The translations under genes were made by a program, and so were the position numbers. Positions 1 through 9,046 of a stretch of DNA of 64,000 bases are shown one piece after another. The DNA comes from Rhodosorus marinus CCMP1338 (Eukaryota; Plantae; Rhodophyta): NCBI GenBank assembly GCA_029953675.1, contig JAMWBK010000011.1, positions 1,054,001-1,118,000 of the forward strand. Reading direction: 5' to 3'. The notes below the pieces were generated by a model. That model worked only from the letters and a program-made list of their open reading frames with translations, was not told the DNA's origin and searched no databases. Positions within the stretch are counted from its first letter, which is position 1, and every line of letters starts with the position of its first letter.

Positions 1-303
1 GGAGCGCTCGGGTCGGTTGAAGGCAGGCCCCGCTGTGCCGTGCGGATCCGCGGGGACGTCCACCGGGGGGTATGGGGCAGGCGCGGAGGCGGAGAAGCGC
101 TCCAAATAGGCGATCAGCAGGGGCAGGCGGTGTTCCTGGGAAGCAGTCACAAGAAGACTCGTCAGTTTCGAGCAGATCCCATGGGCCAACTCGTCAGCGC
201 AGTCCGTGAGGGTGGCCGCGGTACTAAACCCGCCCACGCTGAGCTCCACGCGCGCTGAGAGAACGGCTCCGTCCACCGGAATAGGTGGGGAAACCCCAAC
301 CAT
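1..303 (-). CDS. Possible 5' part of an unknown GC-rich ORF running off the left edge (MVGVSPPIPVDGAVLSARVELSVGGFSTAATLTDCADELAHGICSKLTSLLVTASQEHRLPLLIAYLERF...)
   Basis: ATG at 303-301, then 101 codons with no stop down to base 1. The stretch is markedly more GC-rich than the spacer at 430-1400. No family recognised; not in the ORF track, probably because it is open-ended. Confidence 0.3.
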   Translation of the reverse strand, partial: MVGVSPPIPVDGAVLSARVELSVGGFSTAATLTDCADELAHGICSKLTSLLVTASQEHRLPLLIAYLERFSASAPAPYPPVDVPADPHGTAGPAFNRPERS

Positions 304-1240
304 AACGATAGGAAGGTGTGAAAAACCGATTCCCCCACAATATCGTCAATGCGCCTTTTCGCGGCCAAAATGTGCGGTTCGCTTGTACTCAACGTTGTTA
401 GACTGGTGAGTACCAAAAAGGGCAAGTTGCGCTTGATCTCGTGGGTTCAGTAATTTATTTTTCCCTCGTGACTTGTTTTCACGTGACTATAGAGACACCC
501 GCAAATAGTTTTGTTTATGTATGGAGAGAGGATGTATTCGGACTCTCGAAGAGGTTACTCGGCCTGAAGGGAAAAGGAGGTTTTATTGACTTTTTGCAAC
601 ATCCTTTCAAATCTGGAGTTCTCGGTATTTTGTGGATTTGATCGATTGTATGACACAGCATGTCAAGCTTGTTTTCTCTCGTCGTTTCATTCGGACCTCA
701 TCCGAGTCTCCGCAAGGAAACACATCCGGAGCTTAAAAAGGACCCCCTTGACGTCGCTTACAATTGTTGGCCGCAACGCAATGTATTTTCGACGCTCTAA
801 AACCCTCAACAACAGCATCAGACCGTGCAGCACCGTCTCCGAGTTTCCCGCCAAATTCAGCACTAGCAGTACACGTGCGCTGTGTACTTCAGTCTGTCCG
901 AAATCCTGCAAACACACAAAAAAAAATACAGTCCCTCAAAACACGTCCTTGGGAACTCGATGGACCAGAGTTTCGGGTAGAAAGCCTACTTTGCTCTAGA
1001 TGCTTACCAAATCAGCGTCATGCGAATCATGTGTATAGTAACGAGAATACGGCAGTCACCTTTTGCGTGCTAGTAGTGGAGGTTTTCCTCGTTTTCCCCC
1101 CTAACCTCAATTGTAGACAGCCCCCGGCTCTCTCTCTAACACGCCAACTCTTCAAGAAAATGTAAGAACGACTCTCGATACGCGGCAGGAGTGGAATTTT
1201 TCATCTTCTAGTTGATCGGGCTTGGCTAGAGCAAGCAGAT

Positions 1241-1246
1241 TTTATT
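1241..1246 (-). promoter_or_regulatory. Candidate polyadenylation signal (AATAAA) of gene 1
   Basis: tttatt on + strand, ~170 nt downstream of the gene 1 stop. Confidence 0.3.
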
Positions 1247-1414
1247 CGAGGCTCCATGCTAATAAGGGCCTGTATAAAACACCCCATTTCCTATTTTGCC
1301 GTCCTTTTGGGGAGGATTCCACTAGAACCACACCACCATCACCTTCTCCCAGTTACTGAATCGATTGCTCTTCCTGCTCACAGCTGACCATGAATCTCGC
1401 GACCCTAGGGTTCT

Positions 1415-4400
1415 CTAACTCAGCTCTGGATCAGTGAGCGCCCCGCTAAACTGCAGCAACGTGCAAAAGTCAACGAGACATTCGCTGTTTCCTACGTTGT
1501 ATAAGAGCACCTCGTTCGTGATTCCGGCGGCGTCAAAGACCATTTCCTTGTAGCCCCAGTCCCCATAGGGAATCGGAGTAACTGGCCCGAAGGAGTTCTT
1601 GCATAACCTGTTGTTCTGGTAGAGGATCTCCATGGTCAGCGGTCCCGATCCGCGGACATAGCACCGCATTCTGTACCGCTCGTCTCTGCTCAGCCACACA
1701 GTCTGACGAGCGACAGTCTCCGCGGGATAGAGGTACATAGCTCGCACGTTGCGCAGTGGCTGGACTGCGGAAAACTCAAGAGAACCGCTCACAGTCCATC
1801 GAAAATTCCTTTGGGGCTCAAAACTCGGGTTCTTCAGCTCCTGACCGGGCTCTAAAAGTACCGCTGGAGGATCCCATGTCGGGAAATCTGTTGCTAGGTT
1901 GTAAGCTCCCGAACCGACGTAAGGAGGGACCCCGTCAGTAGCGAGATAGAGTGAGCAGTCATCTACCCAGACGCCACCGCTCTGAGCTGCGGGATCACCG
2001 CCATCGTCTCGCTCCAGAACGATCTCATAGTCAGCTGAAAGAAGGATCTCAACGTCAACTTCCTGGTTCTTCCAGTCCGAGTTGTCCACATCGGACGTAT
2101 CTCCCAGATTCTCCGCATACATCGTCGAATCCCTCCAGATCGAAAGCCGGATGCTCCCCTTCACGTAGCAGTGCAATCTGTACACCTGGTTACGGCTCAA
2201 AGAGACGAGTTGTACTGCCTTTGAGCCCTCTTGTGTCAAGCTGAGAGCCTGCGTTCCACTGAAATTTTCAGATCTCGCCGTCTCGGCACCGTCAGAGAAA
2301 GCCCACACCCCAGCGTTCTCTTCGAAACTCGGGTCCGTCAAAAGTGAGTCGTACTCCGGATCCGTCTGTGCTCCCGAGAAAGGGAACAGGGTGCAAAAAT
2401 CGACCACGCACTCGCCGTCTCCGATGTTGTACAGAGATATATTCAGCGCTGCTTTCGTCGCATCAAAAATCACATCCTTGTATCCCCAATTGCCCCTCCC
2501 AATTATCGTCACCGCCCCGAACGAGTTCTTAGATATCCTCTCTCCCTGATAATTAACCTCCATGGTCAGTGACCCAGGTCCACGCACATAACACCTTAGC
2601 CTGTACCTCTCGTTCTGGTCCAAATACACCAACTGCGTTGCAACGGTGTTCGGGTAAACAAACATTGACCGCTCGCCTCTCAATGAGTCAACTACAGTGA
2701 ACTTGAGATCACCGTTCACAGTCCATCGAAAATTCCCCTGGGGCTCAAAACTCGGGTTCCTCAGCTCCTGACCTGACTCTAAAAGTACCGCTGGAGGATC
2801 CCATGTCGGGAGATCTGCTGGTAGGTTGTAAGCTCCCGAACCGACGTAAGGAGGGACCCCATCAGTAGCGAGATAGAGTGAGCAGTCATCTACCCATACG
2901 CCACCGCTCTGAGCTGCGGGATCACCACCATCGTCTCGCTCCAGAACGATCTCATAGTCAGCTGAGAAAAGGATCTCAAAGTCGACTTCCTGGCTCTTCC
3001 AGTCCGAGTTGTCCACATCGAATGTATCTCCCAGATTCTCCGCATACATCGTCGAATCCCTCCAGATCGAAAGCCGGATGCCTCCCTTCACGTAGCAGTG
3101 CAATCTGTACACCTGGTTACGGCTCAAAGAGACGAGTTGTACCGCCTTTGATCCGTCGCGCGTCAAGCTGAGAGCCTGCGTTACACTGAAACTTACAGAT
3201 GTTGCCAGCTCGGCACCGTCAGAGAGAGCCCACACCGCAGCGTCTTCTTCGAAGCTCGGGTCCCTCAAAAGTGAGTCGTACTCCGGATCCGTGAGTGGTC
3301 CCGAGTAAGGGAACAAAGTGCAAAAATCGACAACGCATTCGCTATCTCCGATGTTGTACAGAGATATATCCTGCGCTAGCTTCGTTGCATCATATATCAC
3401 ATCTTTGTATCCCCAGTCGCCTCTTCCGATCGGTGTCACCGCTCCGAACGAGTTCTTCGATATCCTCTCCCCTTGATGAGAAACCTCCATTGTCAACGAT
3501 CCAGGTCCCCGCACGTAACACCTTAGTCTGTACCTCACTTTCTGAGCTAAATATAACGACTGCGTTGCAACGGTGTTCGGGTAAACAAACATTGACCGTT
3601 GGTTCAGCAACGAGTCAATTGCGGTGAACTTGAGATCACCGCTCACAGTCCATCGAAAATTCCCTTGCGGCTCAAAACTCGGGTTCCCGAGCCCTTGACC
3701 TGACTCTAAAAGTACCGCTGGGGGATTCCATGTCGAGAGATCTGTTGGTAGGTTGTACGCACTGGACCCGACGTAAGGAGTGACCCCATCAGTAGCGAGA
3801 TAGAGTGAGCAGTCATCTACCCAGACGTCACCGCTCTGAGCTCCAGGCTCACCACCATCGTCTCGCTCCAGAACGATCTCGTAGTCAGCCGAGAGAAGGA
3901 TCTCAAAGTCGACTTCCTGGTTCTTCCAGTCCGAGTTGTTCACATTGAACGTATCTCTCAGATTGTCGGCATAGATTGTCGAATCACTCCAGATCGAAAG
4001 CCGGATGCCTCCCTTCACGTAGCAGTGCAGTCTGTACGCCTTGTTACGCCTCAAAGAGACGAGTTGTACTGCCTTTGACCCCTCCTGCGTCAAGCTGAGA
4101 GCCTGCGTTCCACTGAAACTTTCAGACGTCACCATCTCGGCACCGTCAGAGAGAGCCCATACCCCAGCGTCTTCTTCGAAGCTCGGGTCCGTCAAAAGTG
4201 AGTCGTACTCCGGATCCGTGAGTGGTCCCGAGAACCGGAACAAAGTGCAAAAATCGACAACGCACTCGCTATCTCCGATGTTATATAGAGATATATCCTG
4301 CGCTACCTTCGTCGCATCAAAAATTACATCTTTGTATCCCCAATCGCCTCTTTCGATCGGCGTCACCGCTCCGAACGAGTTTTTAGATATCCTCTCTCCC

Positions 4401-6990
4401 TGATGAGAAACCTCCATTGTCAACGATCCGGGTCCACGCACGTAACACCTTAACCTGTACCTCTCGTTCTGGTCCAAATACACCAACTGCGTTGCAACGG
4501 TGTTCGGGTAAACAAACATTGACCGTTGGTTCAGCAACGAGTCAATTGCGGTGAACTTGAGATCACCGCTCACAGTCCATCGAAAATTCCCTTGCGGCTC
4601 AAAACTCGGGTTCCCGAGCCCTTGACCTGACTCTAAAAGTACCGCTGGGGGATTCCATGTCGAGAGATCTGTTGGTAGGTTGTAAGCCCCGGAACCGACG
4701 TCAGGAGGGACCCCGTCAGTCGCCAGATAGAGTGAGCAGTCATCTACCCAGACGTCACCGCTCTGAGCTCCAGGCTCACCACCATCGTCTCGCTCTAGAA
4801 CGATCTCGTAGTCAGCCGACAGAAAGATCTCAAAGTCAACTTCCTGGTTCTCCCAGTCCGAGTTGTTCACATTGAACGTATCTCCCAGATTCTGCGCATA
4901 CATCGTCGAGTCACTCCAGATCGAAAGCCGGATGCCTCCCTTCACGTAGCAGTGCAATCTGTACGCCTTGTTACGCCTCAAAGAGACGAGTTGTACCGCC
5001 TTTGACCCCTCCTGCGTCAAGCTGAGAGCCTGCGTTCCACTGAAACTTTCAGACGTCACCATCTCGGCACCGTCAGAGAGAGCCCATACCCCAGCGTCTT
5101 CTTCGAAGCTCGGGTCCGTCAAAAGTGAGTCGTACTCCGGATCCGTGAGTGGTCCCGAGAACCGGAACAAAGTGCAAAAATCGACAACGCACTCGCTATC
5201 TCCGATGTTATATAGAGATATATCCTGCGCTACCTTCGTCGCATCAAAAATTACATCTTTGTATCCCCAATCGCCTCTTTCGATCGGCGTCACCGCTCCG
5301 AACGAGTTTTTAGATATCCTCTCTCCCTGATGAGAAACCTCCATTGTCAACGATCCGGGTCCACGCACGTAACACCTTAACCTGTACCTCTCGTTCTGGT
5401 CCAAATACACCAACTGCGTTGCAACGGTGTTCGGGTAAACAAACATTGACCGCTCGCCTATCAACGAGTCAACAACAGTGAACTTGAGATCACCGCTCAC
5501 AGTCCACCGGAAGTCGTATTGGTACTCAAAGCTTGGGTTCTTAATCTCCCCGTTGTCGCCAAGAAGTTCAACTGGCGGATCCCAAGGCGAAAGATCTGGT
5601 AGGTTGTAATCACCGGAGCCGACGTAAGGAGGGATGCCGTCAGCTGCTGCATAGAGGGAGCAGTCATCTGTCCAGACCCCATTCCTCTGGCGGCTCGGAA
5701 CACCCCCATTGTCTCGCACAAAGGTCAGCTCGTACTCGCCGGATTCTTCGATCATCACGTCGACTTCTTGATTGTTCCATTCGGAATTCGGTTCCGGAAA
5801 CGTGTCTCCAAAGTTCTCTGCGTACAAGATTGAATCCTTCCATAGCGTGAAGTGGATGTTCCCTGTTGAGTAGCAGTGCCACCTGTAGATATTTCCTCCG
5901 TCCAAATAGACGCGTTGAACGGCTGTTGATCCCTCCTGGGCGAGCCGGAGGCCCCGCACGCCCGTAAATGTTCTAAATCCCCGTATACTCGCGCCATTGG
6001 AGAACAACCACGGCTCGGTGCCTTGCTCGAAACTAGGATTTTGCACAAGTTGCTCGTTTTCAGGATCTGTGATCGGCCCCGAGTACTTGAACATGGTGCA
6101 GAAGTCAACGATGCATTCACTGTCCCCGTCGTTGTAGAGGAAAACATCCATCGCAATCTTCGGCGCGACGAAGACTACATCCTTGTACCCCCACGAACCA
6201 TATCCGATCGGCGTTACAGGACCAAATGCGTTCTTGGACACACGATCTCCTTGAAACGATACCTCCATGGTAAGCGATCCCGGCCCATTAACATAACAAC
6301 GTAATCTGTACGTATCTTCTAGGTCTAAGAAGACGGTCTGGTTTAGCACCGTGCCTGGGAAAACAACCATCGCCCGAGTTCCTTCCAAATTGTTTTGCCC
6401 GGTCAACTGTAGAGGGCCGGTGACACTCCATCGAAAGTCTGCGGTCGAAAATTCAAAGCTCGGGTTTCTAATAACTCCATCGTCGCCCAGAAGTTCCGCT
6501 GGTGGATCCCACGCAGGTATTGGCTCGGGAGGGTAGTTGACAGATGCCGAGCCGACGAAGGGTGGAACGTTGCCAGCAGCGTAAAGAGAACACTCATCTG
6601 CCCGAACCCCTGCGCTCTGGAGGCCTCGAGTACCACCATTGTCTCGCTCGATGACAATGTCGTATTCGCCCGAGCTGCGGATCAGAAAATCGAACTCTTG
6701 ATTCTTCCACCGGTTGTCTGGCCCTGGAAACGTGTTGCGGAGACTGTCACCGAAGATCGCCGAGTCATCCAATATCGAGAAGCGGATGCTCCCTCTCACG
6801 TAGCAGTGCAGCCTGTACACATTGTTTTCTCTGAGGTAGACGCGTTGAACGGCCTTGGCCCCTTCCTGACCGAGTCTGAGGCGATTAGCTCCCGTGAAAG
6901 CCTGGGCACTGCTCTGGAATTCGGCCCCGTCCAGCAAAGACCACGCTCCGTCTTGTTCTTCGAAGCTGGGGTCCTTCAAAAGCTGCTCTG
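1415..6990 (-). repeat. Intragenic tandem repeat, six ~927-bp (309-aa) A+B units
   Basis: Twelve PSFE-initiated modules alternate between type A (LHCYV..ERD.GG..DCSLY) and type B (FRW.V.G..LRCYV.GPG..DFCTLF..TDPE). Matching antisense ORFs recur at an exact 927-bp offset (4041/4968, 1951/2878). Confidence 0.95.
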
Positions 6991-9046
6991 CGTTGGGTGG
7001 AGACCTATACGGGTAGTCCTCAGGATTGGTTAGCGTTCCACACGGCAGACCTTCGTTTACCCCACCACCCAAGAGGCAGCACGCTCCCCCCACGCATTCA
7101 TCAACTTCCAAAACCACGCTGCTCAGCCAGCCGCCATCGTCAGAGTACTGCACCTTAATCTCCGGAGATGATCCCAGATCTTCCAGCCTGTAGGGAACGA
7201 CAAAAGTCCCAAAGTACCTGGCGTCATAGTTCCGCTTCGGACCAGCCATTCGCTCGTCATAGTCGGCAATCGGTTCTGCGGCATCGTTTACCCACACCTT
7301 GGGCTTGGCATCGTCGGAGAGCCTTCTGGAGTGTGAGATACGTATGTAACCAACGCCGTTCGGACTCTGTGGAACGCCGCTGAACTGAAACGTATAGGTC
7401 TCGTTCGCATCAACGGGCACGGGATATTCCCGAGTTTGTCCAGTACTGTCCAAGATCTCGCCCATGTAGTGCCTTGACCTCTCAACCTTGCGAAGTTCAC
7501 GTACAGGTGTAGTGAAGGTAACTGCCAGAACGTGCATCGCCTCCGGTTCGATCTGGACGCTTTCCGGAAGGGAACTAAGAGTCGAGTTGCTCCACCTGAC
7601 CGTTCCTGCTCGTGCGATACTCTGAGCTATGTCGTCCGCAGTCGGTTCGCCCTCCTCCAGCCAGAGTTTTCTTTCAACAACGCTCTCTACCACGCCAGAT
7701 CCGAATGGAAGGTTCAGATCGACCTGGGCCGCATCGCTTTCTGTGGCCAGGTTCTGAAGCAGAACGTAGGCGCGGTTCGAGTTCGCCACAGAGAGAACCT
7801 TGACGTATGGATCGTCGCTATAGGAGTACACAAAATCTCCTTCAACGCCTTTAAACAGCTCCAAGTAGTGCAGAAGCTCCGTCCACTCGAGCACGTCGTC
7901 TTTTCCTCCATCAGTAAGCGACCACGGATATGGATGGGTCAAGCCGTTCCGGCTATCCGTCGGATCCAAAGTTAGAAAGTTAATAAACTTGAGGACATTG
8001 TCGTGTACTCTTATTGTACTCATAAACGCCTTGAACGCGTCGGCCATAATGATAAAGTCCCTTCCACCAGTCGGCGGGAGAGATTCCCGGGTGTCCTTCG
8101 AGTGCCATGAGCCGTGATACGCACCGGTCTCAGTTATCATGTACTTGATGGGTTTACCATCATCAGATGTCTTCACCGTATAAGTCTCCAAAAGATCCAG
8201 ATTGGCGTCCTGGACGGCACCTCCCGATGAGTACGGATGTTGCGAGATGAAGTCGACACAGCCTGCACTGCGTGCAGAGTCGATAAAGTTCTTCATACGT
8301 GTCTGCCATCGACTAAAATTCTGAAGATGTGGTCTGCCGCTGTTTGCCCCTGGCCCTCCGGCGAGCATGTCAGGGTTTGCCGCTTTAATATCCCTACACA
8401 TTTGACCGCAAATGTTTCCGATCCTGCTGACCACCGAGTATTCGGACTCCTCTGGATATCGCTTGAACATCCTATACTCGCCCATCGGTTCATTGAAACA
8501 CTCCGAGTATCGTGGCTTTGGAAATCCCTCCTCAGCGTTGAAGAATCTGCTGAAGTACTCCCCGGAGAACGCGGCGGCATCGGAGATAAGTTGATCGCTG
8601 TGCTGGAACCTGAGTAACTGGTCTGCCCTGTCAGTAGCGACTCGCTCTTCGTCTATCATTCTCTTCCTGAGAGGGTCGCAGTTGGCGCATTTAATCTGGT
8701 TAAGTCTTAGTGCACCTTCCTCCTCGAGTCCGTCCACGCCGTCCGGGAAGCCCTGTGATCCTGAGAAAGGACCCTCATTCGACGACCTGGTAAACCGCAC
8801 GTCCAGGTCCATCGCGAGGTACTCCATCATAGCCCGCGCGTTCGTCGGCGACGCGAGGTTTCCATGAGCGTTAACGAATCGGTGTCGATCGAACACTTGC
8901 TCTCCGTTCGTTACCAAAGTCGTTCGGAAATCAACAGTCACAACCGCGCCCTTGATGCTCAGCACCAGCATCAATAACACCAGCACCACCTCGCTCGAAG
9001 CCATCGACCTCATCCTCGGAGTTATGGGACAGCCTGTCTTCCTCAT
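1415..9046 (-). CDS. Gene 1: secreted GH86-like (beta-porphyranase/agarase-type) glycoside hydrolase with 6 tandem A-B CBM-like module pairs, 2543 aa
   Basis: Uninterrupted 7.6-kb ORF. Hydrophobic signal peptide (start may be Met12 or Met15, the latter at 9004). GH-A motifs CFNEP (E186) and MITETG (E306). BpGH86A-like segments GGP..RP....[31 protein letters not shown]...SD.P.V, YFG.FVVP..L and DGG..SSVVLEV. Twelve (N/D)PSFE..W modules follow. Confidence 0.9.
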   Translation of the reverse strand: MRKTGCPITPRMRSMASSEVVLVLLMLVLSIKGAVVTVDFRTTLVTNGEQVFDRHRFVNAHGNLASPTNARAMMEYLAMDLDVRFTRSSNEGPFSGSQGFPDGVDGLEEEGALRLNQIKCANCDPLRKRMIDEERVATDRADQLLRFQHSDQLISDAAAFSGEYFSRFFNAEEGFPKPRYSECFNEPMGEYRMFKRYPEESEYSVVSRIGNICGQMCRDIKAANPDMLAGGPGANSGRPHLQNFSRWQTRMKNFIDSARSAGCVDFISQHPYSSGGAVQDANLDLLETYTVKTSDDGKPIKYMITETGAYHGSWHSKDTRESLPPTGGRDFIIMADAFKAFMSTIRVHDNVLKFINFLTLDPTDSRNGLTHPYPWSLTDGGKDDVLEWTELLHYLELFKGVEGDFVYSYSDDPYVKVLSVANSNRAYVLLQNLATESDAAQVDLNLPFGSGVVESVVERKLWLEEGEPTADDIAQSIARAGTVRWSNSTLSSLPESVQIEPEAMHVLAVTFTTPVRELRKVERSRHYMGEILDSTGQTREYPVPVDANETYTFQFSGVPQSPNGVGYIRISHSRRLSDDAKPKVWVNDAAEPIADYDERMAGPKRNYDARYFGTFVVPYRLEDLGSSPEIKVQYSDDGGWLSSVVLEVDECVGGACCLLGGGVNEGLPCGTLTNPEDYPYRSPPNAEQLLKDPSFEEQDGAWSLLDGAEFQSSAQAFTGANRLRLGQEGAKAVQRVYLRENNVYRLHCYVRGSIRFSILDDSAIFGDSLRNTFPGPDNRWKNQEFDFLIRSSGEYDIVIERDNGGTRGLQSAGVRADECSLYAAGNVPPFVGSASVNYPPEPIPAWDPPAELLGDDGVIRNPSFEFSTADFRWSVTGPLQLTGQNNLEGTRAMVVFPGTVLNQTVFLDLEDTYRLRCYVNGPGSLTMEVSFQGDRVSKNAFGPVTPIGYGSWGYKDVVFVAPKIAMDVFLYNDGDSECIVDFCTMFKYSGPITDPENEQLVQNPSFEQGTEPWLFSNGASIRGFRTFTGVRGLRLAQEGSTAVQRVYLDGGNIYRWHCYSTGNIHFTLWKDSILYAENFGDTFPEPNSEWNNQEVDVMIEESGEYELTFVRDNGGVPSRQRNGVWTDDCSLYAAADGIPPYVGSGDYNLPDLSPWDPPVELLGDNGEIKNPSFEYQYDFRWTVSGDLKFTVVDSLIGERSMFVYPNTVATQLVYLDQNERYRLRCYVRGPGSLTMEVSHQGERISKNSFGAVTPIERGDWGYKDVIFDATKVAQDISLYNIGDSECVVDFCTLFRFSGPLTDPEYDSLLTDPSFEEDAGVWALSDGAEMVTSESFSGTQALSLTQEGSKAVQLVSLRRNKAYRLHCYVKGGIRLSIWSDSTMYAQNLGDTFNVNNSDWENQEVDFEIFLSADYEIVLERDDGGEPGAQSGDVWVDDCSLYLATDGVPPDVGSGAYNLPTDLSTWNPPAVLLESGQGLGNPSFEPQGNFRWTVSGDLKFTAIDSLLNQRSMFVYPNTVATQLVYLDQNERYRLRCYVRGPGSLTMEVSHQGERISKNSFGAVTPIERGDWGYKDVIFDATKVAQDISLYNIGDSECVVDFCTLFRFSGPLTDPEYDSLLTDPSFEEDAGVWALSDGAEMVTSESFSGTQALSLTQEGSKAVQLVSLRRNKAYRLHCYVKGGIRLSIWSDSTIYADNLRDTFNVNNSDWKNQEVDFEILLSADYEIVLERDDGGEPGAQSGDVWVDDCSLYLATDGVTPYVGSSAYNLPTDLSTWNPPAVLLESGQGLGNPSFEPQGNFRWTVSGDLKFTAIDSLLNQRSMFVYPNTVATQSLYLAQKVRYRLRCYVRGPGSLTMEVSHQGERISKNSFGAVTPIGRGDWGYKDVIYDATKLAQDISLYNIGDSECVVDFCTLFPYSGPLTDPEYDSLLRDPSFEEDAAVWALSDGAELATSVSFSVTQALSLTRDGSKAVQLVSLSRNQVYRLHCYVKGGIRLSIWRDSTMYAENLGDTFDVDNSDWKSQEVDFEILFSADYEIVLERDDGGDPAAQSGGVWVDDCSLYLATDGVPPYVGSGAYNLPADLPTWDPPAVLLESGQELRNPSFEPQGNFRWTVNGDLKFTVVDSLRGERSMFVYPNTVATQLVYLDQNERYRLRCYVRGPGSLTMEVNYQGERISKNSFGAVTIIGRGNWGYKDVIFDATKAALNISLYNIGDGECVVDFCTLFPFSGAQTDPEYDSLLTDPSFEENAGVWAFSDGAETARSENFSGTQALSLTQEGSKAVQLVSLSRNQVYRLHCYVKGSIRLSIWRDSTMYAENLGDTSDVDNSDWKNQEVDVEILLSADYEIVLERDDGGDPAAQSGGVWVDDCSLYLATDGVPPYVGSGAYNLATDFPTWDPPAVLLEPGQELKNPSFEPQRNFRWTVSGSLEFSAVQPLRNVRAMYLYPAETVARQTVWLSRDERYRMRCYVRGSGPLTMEILYQNNRLCKNSFGPVTPIPYGDWGYKEMVFDAAGITNEVLLYNVGNSECLVDFCTLLQFSGALTDPELS

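Noticed and set aside
1756-8867. Many 60-150 aa ORFs overlapping the large genes (similar sets occur over genes 2-8)
   Set aside because: Antisense or off-frame shadows; they recur at the 927-bp period or between paralogues exactly as the real genes do.
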